Positions 1-7,046 of a stretch of DNA of 12,941 bases are shown in pieces (position 1 is the first letter of the stretch; every line of letters starts with the position of its first letter). The notes beneath the pieces are model-generated. The model saw only the letters and a program-made list of their open reading frames with translations, did not search any database and was not told the DNA's origin. A program made the translations under genes and the position numbers. This DNA is from Fidelibacterota bacterium. GTDB lineage: Bacteria; Fidelibacterota; Fidelibacteria; Fidelibacterales; Fidelibacteraceae. The DNA is taken from assembly GCA_034723415.1 (NCBI GenBank), contig JAYEOX010000004.1, positions 1 to 12,941 of the forward strand. The letters are read 5' to 3'.

Positions 1-130
1 TAACGGTTGGTATAAGAATAGTAACCGACTGCGGAACTCGAATTTTTCAAGTTACAACTAAATTTTATGCGGGCTACAATGCTCATATCTACTACTATTT
101 CGGTTATTATTTTTATACTTTGTTACCTGC
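1..130 (-). mobile_element. attC-like integron cassette recombination site (atypical, TATA-arm type); R' truncated by the window edge
   Basis: On the minus strand, R''-like GCAGGTAAC (130-122) contains the TAA stop of the upstream ORF and R'-like GTTA is at 4-1. Arms 10-28 (gtataagaatagtaaccga) and 100-118 (tcggttattatttttatac) are inverted repeats with 17/19 match. Both mismatches become G.T wobbles on the cassette bottom strand. Confidence 0.8.
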
Positions 131-1086
131 TGGCGTTCTCTATCTTTTCAAATTTTAAATATCTGTTTTCAAAATCAATAATCCATTTGTCAGTACAATG
201 ATTTTTTATTGTTTCAACTAATCTTTCAATTGTCAATGGTTTAAAATGGCTTTCAACGTCTTTTTTAAAAGTCTTTTTATATTCTTCAATTCCAGTTTTA
301 CAATTCAAATTTCCCGATGGAAATAAATAAATGAAGTCTCCTATTTCATAGTCATTATTTGTAACGAAAAGACTTAAAGTCAAAAGATGGTCTCTCCAAA
401 TTTGTTGGATTGGTTTTTCTTTTAATCTATTGATATTCGTCATTTCAAAAATTCCTGATGCAGATGAAATTGTTTCATAAGTATTTTTATGAGTAGAAGG
501 TTCATCATTCAAATCTTCGGCATATTTTACTTCAATTCCAAAAATTCCATTTTTGTCTTTTTCCGTTTCATATTCAATAAATACATCAAATGCAGAACTA
601 TCACCAGTGTATTTCGGATTTTTTCTTCCAGGCGAATATTCAAATTCAATAGCCGTTACTCTTTTTAGGTTTCTTTCGGGATATAGTTTTTTGAAGATTA
701 TTGTTGCCAATTCATTATTTATTTTCAATTCTCCGAAAAGATTAAATGCCAATGGTTGACTGGAAAGTAAATTATTCCAAATTCTTGGCTCTTGAATTAC
801 TTTTCCGTCAATATGTTTATTTTTGACTTCAAATTTTACAATTTCAGAAATTCCGTTAGTTAAAAAATTCGCTCCCGTTTCTTTTGCGAAATCCAGTTTC
901 AAGAAGTTTCCGTATTTCTCAAATTCAAAACCGTTTTCCGTTCTCCAAATACTTTGAAGTATTCGTGCGTTTGAAGCAAAATCAGTCTTGTCGTAATAAT
1001 CAGTTTCGTATTTTTTTCTTAATTCTTTGTCAGGTTTCATTTTATTCACTTTTTATACGGACTTCGTTTCTTCCGCTTGCAGGTAA
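4..1086 (-). mobile_element. Single-gene integron-type cassette (~1083 bp) carrying a nuclease gene
   Basis: Bounded by G|TT crossover points at 1087/1086 and 4/3. The 5' core GTTACCTGC (1087-1079) is the exact 9-bp complement of R'' GCAGGTAAC at the cassette 3' end. One ORF fills the unit with under 50 bp of leader. Confidence 0.75.
123..1049 (-). CDS. PD-(D/E)XK-superfamily nuclease, resembling the PGN_0703-family putative restriction endonucleases (start GTG 1049 or ATG 1040)
   Basis: 308-aa ORF with motifs ARILQSIWR, NNLLSSQPLAFNLFG, catalytic-type D-SSAF-D...GIEVKY-E and QQIWRDHLL. Confidence 0.72.
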   Translation of the reverse strand: MNKMKPDKELRKKYETDYYDKTDFASNARILQSIWRTENGFEFEKYGNFLKLDFAKETGANFLTNGISEIVKFEVKNKHIDGKVIQEPRIWNNLLSSQPLAFNLFGELKINNELATIIFKKLYPERNLKRVTAIEFEYSPGRKNPKYTGDSSAFDVFIEYETEKDKNGIFGIEVKYAEDLNDEPSTHKNTYETISSASGIFEMTNINRLKEKPIQQIWRDHLLTLSLFVTNNDYEIGDFIYLFPSGNLNCKTGIEEYKKTFKKDVESHFKPLTIERLVETIKNHCTDKWIIDFENRYLKFEKIENASR

Positions 1087-1114
1087 CGGTTGTGTATAGT
1101 TATTGTTCTTACAC
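1079..1114 (-). other. Array-head recombination site (attI-like or half attC): ...TATACACAACC-G|TTACCTGC
   Basis: taacggttg at 1084-1092 directly repeats 1-9 and is followed by tgtata (gtata in the attC). No complementary partner arm was found in 1100-1360. A small GTGTA/TACAC inverted repeat lies at 1092-1096/1110-1114. Confidence 0.55.
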
Positions 1115-1157
1115 TACCAAATTGGAGGGATAAGCACCATTGCAATGTGCTGCGGGG

Positions 1158-1190
1158 CACTGAGCCTGTCGAAGTGAGCCCGCCGAAGTG
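1158..1190 (+). repeat. REP-like motif CACTGAGCCTGTCGAAGTG plus a partial second copy
   Basis: Motif at 1158-1176, followed by gagcccgccgaagtg (1176-1190). An inverted near-copy is at 2666-2685. This is a GC-rich patch in an AT-rich spacer. Confidence 0.65.
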
Positions 1191-1298
1191 CGATGTATTT
1201 TTCTTTTATAATCTTTTCTAACATTATTCTATTTTAAACAATTTTTACGAAACAAAAAAGGATTTTTTTAAATTATTTTAAAATTATAAAAAATTATT

Positions 1299-1327
1299 TT
1301 GAAATTGAACAATATAATTGTTATCTT
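1299..1327 (+). promoter_or_regulatory. Putative sigma70-type promoter for the ATPase operon with an overlapping palindrome
   Basis: TTGAAA (1299-1304)-N17-TATCTT (1322-1327) with extended -10 TG at 1319-1320. Palindrome AACAAT-ata-ATTGTT at 1308-1322. AAGGA RBS at 1349-1353. Confidence 0.5.
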
Positions 1328-1361
1328 ATCAACTATGAAAAAAATAAAAAGGAATTCATAA

Positions 1362-2723
1362 ATGAAGAAAGTATATAATAAAATATTAAGCGTTGTAGGG
1401 AATGTAATTACAGTTAAAGCAACGGATGTTGCAAACGAAGAATTAGCGGAAGTTTCAACGGATCGCGGCAAGACATTAGCACAGGTAATAAAATTGGAAG
1501 ATGAATTGGTATCGTTACAGGTTTTCTCCGGTAGTAAAGGAGTTGCTACAAATGATGAGGTGAGATTTTTAGGTCATCCGATGAAGGTTTCATTCTCAGA
1601 AAATATGTTAGGTAGGATTTTTGATGGAAGTGGCGAGCCGAGAGATAATGGTCCTTCTTTACAGGAAAATCTTATAGAAATCGGTACTCCTTCAGTAAAT
1701 CCTGCAAAGCGAATAATTCCAAATAGAATGATCAGAACAAATATTCCTATGATCGATGTATTTAATTCATTGGTCGTATCACAAAAGTTGCCGATATTTT
1801 CCGTATCAGGTGAGCCGTATAATGAATTATTGGCAAGAATTGCATTGCAGGCAGAAGTTGATATGATAATTCTCGGCGGAATTGGTTTAAAATATGATGA
1901 ATATATGTATTTCAGGAATGAATTGGAAAAAGGCGGTGCTTTAAATCGTTCGATATTTTTTATGCATACAGCTGCCGATCCAATTGTTGAAGGATTAATG
2001 GTTCCGGATCTGTGTCTCGCAGTTGCTGAAAAATTTGCATTACAAGGTAAAGATGTCTTAGTACTTTTAACCGATATGACAAATTTTGCTGATGCTTTGA
2101 AAGAAATTGCAATCACAATGGAACAAGTTCCATCGAATAGAGGATATCCGGGAGATCTGTATAGTCAGCTTGCTTCTCGTTATGAAAAAGCAGTTGATTT
2201 TGATGATGCCGGTTCGATTACAACTTTAGCCGCAACCACAATGCCCGGAGATGATGTTACTCATCCGGTTCCTGATAATACCGGTTATATTACAGAGGGA
2301 CAATTTTATCTTCGCAATGGTAGAATTGAACCATTTGGTTCATTAAGTAGATTGAAACAACAAGTAAATAAAGATACGAGAGAAGATCATAGAGCAATTA
2401 TGGATGGAATGATCCAACTCTACGCAAATTATAAAGAGACAGAAGAGAAGCGTTCTATGGGATTCAGAATGAGCGATTTGGATGAGAAATTATTAAAATA
2501 CGGCGGAATGTTTGAATCCGAAATGATGGATCTTAAAGTAAATATTTCTTTAGAAGATGCTTTAGATAATGGTTGGAAAATTTTATCAGAATGTTTTGAT
2601 AAAGATGAGACGAATTTTAGAAGTGAATTGATCGAGAAGTTTTGGCCTGAAGAAGGTGGCTCGCACACTTCGACATTGCTCAGTGCAAGAAGTCGCAAAG
2701 ACGCAAAGGGGAATTTAGATTAA
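1362..2723 (+). CDS. atpB: V/A-type ATP synthase subunit B (non-catalytic)
   Basis: Motifs [68 protein letters not shown] and [10 protein letters not shown], typical of the spirochaete/Bacteroidota/Chlamydia-type subunit B. Confidence 0.97.
   Translation: MKKVYNKILSVVGNVITVKATDVANEELAEVSTDRGKTLAQVIKLEDELVSLQVFSGSKGVATNDEVRFLGHPMKVSFSENMLGRIFDGSGEPRDNGPSLQENLIEIGTPSVNPAKRIIPNRMIRTNIPMIDVFNSLVVSQKLPIFSVSGEPYNELLARIALQAEVDMIILGGIGLKYDEYMYFRNELEKGGALNRSIFFMHTAADPIVEGLMVPDLCLAVAEKFALQGKDVLVLLTDMTNFADALKEIAITMEQVPSNRGYPGDLYSQLASRYEKAVDFDDAGSITTLAATTMPGDDVTHPVPDNTGYITEGQFYLRNGRIEPFGSLSRLKQQVNKDTREDHRAIMDGMIQLYANYKETEEKRSMGFRMSDLDEKLLKYGGMFESEMMDLKVNISLEDALDNGWKILSECFDKDETNFRSELIEKFWPEEGGSHTSTLLSARSRKDAKGNLD
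2666..2685 (-). repeat. REP-like motif copy inside the atpB 3' end
   Basis: cacttcgacattgctcagtg is the reverse complement of CACTGAGCAATGTCGAAGTG, a near-copy of 1158-1176. Confidence 0.65.
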
Positions 2724-2750
2724 GGTTAAGATTGAATGGAGTAAAAATGT

Positions 2751-2917
2751 AGCCACGAAAGACACGAAAAAAAACACGAAGTAGTATAGAAAAAGGCAAC
2801 AAAGAAAATTTAAAATGAAAAAGGAAAAAAACCAAGCTGCAAACAATAATAAAAAATATTTTTGTGCAAATTTCGTGTTTTTCGTGGCTGAAAAATAATT
2901 TCGTGGTTTTCGTGGCT
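2751..2917. repeat. Intergenic inverted-repeat element made of 9-bp-period CACGAA/TTCGTG units
   Basis: Left arm agccacgaaagacacgaaa (2751-2769), with a third CACGAA at 2775-2780. Right arms at 2871-2889 (18/19 complementary) and 2899-2917 (17/19). A-rich spacer between arms. Confidence 0.85.
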
Positions 2918-2930
2918 AAATAAAAATATT

Positions 2931-3551
2931 ATGTCAAAAATTAAATTAACAAAAAACGAATTAAAAAAGCAGAAAGAATCGTTAAAGCGATTTACGAGAT
3001 ATTTACCTACATTAGAATTAAAAAAGCAGCAGTTGTTGATTGAAGTTAGAAATATTCAGAGAAAAGTTCGTAAAATTGAAAACGAAATCAAGAAATTGGA
3101 AAGTGATGTTGATAAGTGGGTTGATGTATTTGGTGAAGATGTGGGAATTCAGGATTTATTTGAAGTAAAAGGAATAGATACTGCTACCGATAATGTTGCC
3201 GGAATAGATGTTCCGATATTTAATGATATTAAGATCGATATAGAAGAATATGATCTTATGAAGTATCCGTTATGGGTTGATTTTGGTCTGGAAGCCATAA
3301 AAAAAATTATTAAATTAAAAACAGAAATTGAAATTTTACATGAACAGCAAGATATTTTGGAAAAGGAATTGAGAATAACTATTCAAAGAATAAATTTATT
3401 TGATAAAATAAAAATTCCTGAATCGCGTGAAAATATAAGAAGAATTCGTATATTTTTAGGAGATCAACAGACAGCTGCGGTAGTTAGGGGTAAAATATCA
3501 AAGTCAAAATTAGAGAAGAAGAGAATTGCTGAGGCAAATAATGTTGGATAA
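2931..3551 (+). CDS. atpD: V/A-type ATP synthase subunit D
   Basis: 206 aa. N-terminal KLTKNELKKQK..L....RYLPTLELKKQQL and C-terminal ELRITIQRINLFDKIKIP. Located between B and I. Confidence 0.95.
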   Translation: MSKIKLTKNELKKQKESLKRFTRYLPTLELKKQQLLIEVRNIQRKVRKIENEIKKLESDVDKWVDVFGEDVGIQDLFEVKGIDTATDNVAGIDVPIFNDIKIDIEEYDLMKYPLWVDFGLEAIKKIIKLKTEIEILHEQQDILEKELRITIQRINLFDKIKIPESRENIRRIRIFLGDQQTAAVVRGKISKSKLEKKRIAEANNVG

Positions 3552-3581
3552 TAAAAATAAAAATTGGATGGAAAGAAGATA

Positions 3582-5375
3582 ATGATTTCTGAAATGTCAA
3601 AACTTACGTTATTGGTGATGAAATCAAATATTGATGATACCATTAAAAAATTACGCAAACTCGGTGTGATCCATATTAAGGAGATAAAAAAACCTGTATC
3701 TGAAGATATTGATAAATTAAAATCCGATTTAGATAATACAGAATCTGTAATTAATATTCTTACAAGTAGGGAAGAGAAAAAACAGAAAGATAACAAAAAG
3801 TCCCAATCAATTATTGAAGATATTATTAATTTAGAAAAAGAGAAAAAAGAATTAGTTACAAAACAAAATGAATTGGAAAAGATCGAGAATTGGTATGAGG
3901 ATTGGGGAGTAATTTCATTAAAAGATATTGAAGAAATTAAAAAATCAGGTTATAATATCAAATTATTTTCACAACCTGTTTCGTATTTAAAAACAATCGA
4001 TATTGATAAAATGAAAAATATATTTATTATCAGTAAAGATAAAAATAGTGTGAAATTGGCTCAAATTGGATTTGAAAATAAAGAGGAATTAAATTTAAAA
4101 CAAATTCATCTTCCTGATTTGGAATATAAACAAACTCAAACTGAAATCAATGAAATAACAAATAGATTAGGGAAAATTGAATCGACTGTTAATGAATATT
4201 CTTCATATTTAGACAGCATAAGAGATATCAAAAAGAAATTAGAGAAGAAATTAGAATTTGCGCAAGTTAAATATGGAGTAGGTGATTCGGAATCGATTTA
4301 TTATTTAAATGGATATTTTCCAACAATTAAAAAAGATAAAGTAAAAAAAGAAGCGGAAAAAAATAGTTGGGGATATGTGTTTGAGAAACCAACTGAAGAA
4401 GACAATCCACCGGTATTGATAAAAAATCCAAAATGGATAAGAATAATAGAACCGGTATTTAATTTTATGGGTACTACACCCGGCTATCATGAATATGATA
4501 TCAGTATTTGGTTTTTATTGTTCTTCAGTTTGTTTTTCGGAATGCTAATTGGTGATGCAGGATATGGGTTGACTTTTTTAGCAATTACATATTTTGCTCG
4601 GAGAAAATTTAAAAAAGCACCTTTTGAACCATTTGTATTGATGTATGTGTTGAGTGGTGCAACTATCATTTGGGGAGTGTTAAGTGGTACATATTTTGGT
4701 TCTGAAGCAATTGCTCACCTTCCTATATTAAAAGCACTGGTGAATCCAAACATTTCAAGTTTTGCTCTATCGTCTTCCGGGTTTAATGATAATCAGATGT
4801 TTATGATAAGTTTATGTTTTATAATAGGAGCGACACACTTGTCAATTGCTCATTTACTTAGAGCAATTAAAAATATAAAATCACTAAAAATGATCTCTCA
4901 AATTGGATGGATTGGAATAATTTGGAGTTTATATTTAATTGCAGGTAATCTTGTATTAGGAAAAGAATTTCCTCAAATTGGAATTTATTTATTTACAATA
5001 AGTTTTGTTTTAACCTTATTATTTAGTAATGCTGAAAAGGGAATATTGAAAGGATTGGGTGTTACATTAGGTAGTTTGCCACTTGATATTATTAGTGGAT
5101 TTTCCGATGTAGTATCATATTTAAGATTATTCGCAGTAGGATATGCATCTGTTGTAGTTGCATATAGTTTCAATCAAATGGCGATTGGCAGCGGTATCAA
5201 TAGTGTAATTTCAGGTGTTATTGCAGCAATAATTCTTCTTTTAGGGCATTCATTAAATATTTTATTAGGGGCAATGGCAATAATAGTTCATGGAGTTAGA
5301 TTAAATATGTTAGAATTTTCAGGACATTTAAATATGGAATGGTCAGGAATAAAATATAGACCATTTTCAGAGTAA
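3582..5375 (+). CDS. atpI: V/A-type ATP synthase subunit I (a); likely start ATG 3582 (MISEMSKLTL) rather than TTG 3564
   Basis: Soluble coiled-coil N-terminal half and hydrophobic C-terminal half with FFGMLIGDAGYG, DVVSYLRLFAVG (essential Arg) and HGVRLNMLEF. Confidence 0.95.
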   Translation: MISEMSKLTLLVMKSNIDDTIKKLRKLGVIHIKEIKKPVSEDIDKLKSDLDNTESVINILTSREEKKQKDNKKSQSIIEDIINLEKEKKELVTKQNELEKIENWYEDWGVISLKDIEEIKKSGYNIKLFSQPVSYLKTIDIDKMKNIFIISKDKNSVKLAQIGFENKEELNLKQIHLPDLEYKQTQTEINEITNRLGKIESTVNEYSSYLDSIRDIKKKLEKKLEFAQVKYGVGDSESIYYLNGYFPTIKKDKVKKEAEKNSWGYVFEKPTEEDNPPVLIKNPKWIRIIEPVFNFMGTTPGYHEYDISIWFLLFFSLFFGMLIGDAGYGLTFLAITYFARRKFKKAPFEPFVLMYVLSGATIIWGVLSGTYFGSEAIAHLPILKALVNPNISSFALSSSGFNDNQMFMISLCFIIGATHLSIAHLLRAIKNIKSLKMISQIGWIGIIWSLYLIAGNLVLGKEFPQIGIYLFTISFVLTLLFSNAEKGILKGLGVTLGSLPLDIISGFSDVVSYLRLFAVGYASVVVAYSFNQMAIGSGINSVISGVIAAIILLLGHSLNILLGAMAIIVHGVRLNMLEFSGHLNMEWSGIKYRPFSE

Positions 5376-5403
5376 AAGAATAATTATTAATTAAGGAGTA
5401 GTA

Positions 5404-5850
5404 ATGGATTTATTTTTTCAGAAAATCGGAGATTTGAACACATCGTTAACATTGGCAGCAATGGGATCTGCGTTAGGAACGGGTGTGGCAGGAATGGCAG
5501 CAATAGGAGCTTGGAAGAAAGCATTTATCAATAATAAAGCAGCTCCTTTTATTTTGATCGCGTTCGTGGGGGCACCATTATCTCAAACTATTTATGGCAT
5601 GATTTTAAGAAATGCAATTCAAAAGGTGCATTGGACAGCAGATACTGTGATTTACGGTATTTTGATTGGAATATTTAGTGGAATTGCGATGGGATTAAGT
5701 GCATTTTTTCAAGGAAAAGCTGGAGCAAGAGCATCTGATGCATTAGGTGAAACAGGCAAAGGTTTCGGAAACTATATTATGGTTTTAGGTGTAATTGAAA
5801 CCGTTGCTCTATTTGTTATGGTTTTTGCAATGACTGCATTACCTGAATAG
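5404..5850 (+). CDS. atpK: V/A-type ATP synthase subunit K (4-TM proteolipid), Na+-type signature
   Basis: 148 aa, Gly/Ala-rich helices. Motifs APLSQTIYG, FFQGK and GVIETVALF (carboxylate E132). Strong AAGGAG RBS upstream. Confidence 0.95.
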   Translation: MDLFFQKIGDLNTSLTLAAMGSALGTGVAGMAAIGAWKKAFINNKAAPFILIAFVGAPLSQTIYGMILRNAIQKVHWTADTVIYGILIGIFSGIAMGLSAFFQGKAGARASDALGETGKGFGNYIMVLGVIETVALFVMVFAMTALPE

Positions 5851-6201
5851 ATGAAACTGAATATAATTAATTTTGCAGTTACAATAATAATTATTATTCT
5901 TGTAACTGTGATTTTTGGCAGTAAATATTTTATAGATGTAACTTTGGCCGGAATTGTTAGCTTAATTAATGCTATTTCGGGATATTTTGTTTTTATAAAG
6001 TTATCGAAAAAAGAATTCCATAAAATGATGAAATGGATTTTTAAAAGTATAATAGTGAGAATAACATTTATAATATTAACTACATATTTATTAATTCATT
6101 TTGATGTTGTGAAACCAATTCCGTTTATTTTAATTTTATTTGTATTCTATCCTCTTCATCAGTTTATCGAAATAAGATATATCAAAAATTGGGTAAAATA
6201 A
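5851..6201 (+). CDS. Small 4-TM membrane protein resembling F-type ATP synthase protein I (UncI)
   Basis: 116 aa with four hydrophobic segments. The GIVSLIN helix, a basic loop, S-I-I-V-R-I and a final TM match the UncI layout. ATG directly abuts the atpK TAG. Confidence 0.55.
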   Translation: MKLNIINFAVTIIIIILVTVIFGSKYFIDVTLAGIVSLINAISGYFVFIKLSKKEFHKMMKWIFKSIIVRITFIILTTYLLIHFDVVKPIPFILILFVFYPLHQFIEIRYIKNWVK

Positions 6202-6215
6202 AAAAAGGAATAATT

Positions 6216-7028
6216 ATGAATTTTTCGAGTGCTATAAAAAATTCGTGTATTGAATTAGATTTTAAAGCGGACAAAAAAGATGAAGTATTAAAAGAAATTG
6301 CTCGTTTGGCAAAAAATGATCCAATATTAAAAAATGTAAAAGAAAAAACAATTTATAAAGCATTGGCAGATAGGGAAGATGTTGGTTCAACCGGTTTCGG
6401 GAATGGAATTGCTATTCCACATTGTACGATTGAAAATATTTCCGATTTTGTTGTCGGCGTATTAGTAATTCCGGATGGAGTTGATTATGATTCTATTGAT
6501 GGAAAAGAAACGAAAATATTATCATATATAATAGCTCCTAAAGAAAAGAAAAATGAACATATTAGAATTTTATCAAATATTTCAAAAATTTTACAACAAT
6601 CTGAAAATATAAAAAAAATATTAGAATCAAGTTCATCTGAACAAATAATTAATATTTTTTCTAAAGTGTTAGATAAAGGTAAAGATAAACAAAAAGAGAA
6701 AAAATACACAAAATTTACAATAATTATTCAGGATGAAAATTCTTTCTATGATATTTTAGAAATTTTTACTGAAATAAATGATTGCTTTTTATCAATTATA
6801 AATGCTGAGAATGCAAGTAAATATTTGTATTCAATGCCACTGTTTTCTCATTTTTGGAATGAAGAAAAAAAAGGATTCAATAGAATTATTTTAGCAATTG
6901 TTAATAATACTTTTGCGAATGACACATTAAGAAAATTGAATTTAATAATAGATTCTCTTGATAAAAATACAGGTGTATTGGTTTTATCGCAAGAAATTTC
7001 TTATATCAATGGTTCAATAAATTTATAA
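6216..7028 (+). CDS. PTS EIIA (Ntr/Fru-type) domain fused to a C-terminal PII-like domain; likely start ATG 6216
   Basis: REDVGSTGFGNGIAIPH with the phospho-acceptor His (codon 6420-6422) and HIRILSNIS. A charged linker leads to an ~105-aa beta/alpha domain ending in GVLVL..ISYING. AAGGA RBS before 6216. Confidence 0.8.
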   Translation: MNFSSAIKNSCIELDFKADKKDEVLKEIARLAKNDPILKNVKEKTIYKALADREDVGSTGFGNGIAIPHCTIENISDFVVGVLVIPDGVDYDSIDGKETKILSYIIAPKEKKNEHIRILSNISKILQQSENIKKILESSSSEQIINIFSKVLDKGKDKQKEKKYTKFTIIIQDENSFYDILEIFTEINDCFLSIINAENASKYLYSMPLFSHFWNEEKKGFNRIILAIVNNTFANDTLRKLNLIIDSLDKNTGVLVLSQEISYINGSINL

Positions 7029-7046
7029 AATTATGAAAGGGAAATA

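Noticed and set aside
1082..1109. Possible Xer dif site (central TGTATA at 1093-1098)
   Set aside because: The flanking 11-mers match the E. coli XerC and XerD arms at only about 4/11 and 3/11. The cassette-site reading explains the sequence better.
1335..1361. Mini-ORF MKKIKRNS* in frame with and abutting the atpB ATG
   Set aside because: Only 8 codons in A-rich sequence, with no RBS and no similarity to an atpA end. Probably chance, although a leaderless uORF cannot be excluded.
553..1471. Short ORFs 553-759 (+), 884-1099 (+) and 1268-1471 (-)
   Set aside because: They are antisense to the nuclease or atpB and show no recognisable motifs. None resembles an integrase fragment.
2751..2917. 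CRISPR array or intrinsic terminator interpretation of the CACGAA repeats
   Set aside because: Units are 6-9 bp and inverted, without unique 30-40 bp spacers. The stem encloses a ~100-nt loop and has no U-tract.
6216..7028. Sugar-transporting PTS system
   Set aside because: No EIIB/EIIC or sugar catabolism genes are nearby. The context points to a regulatory EIIA.
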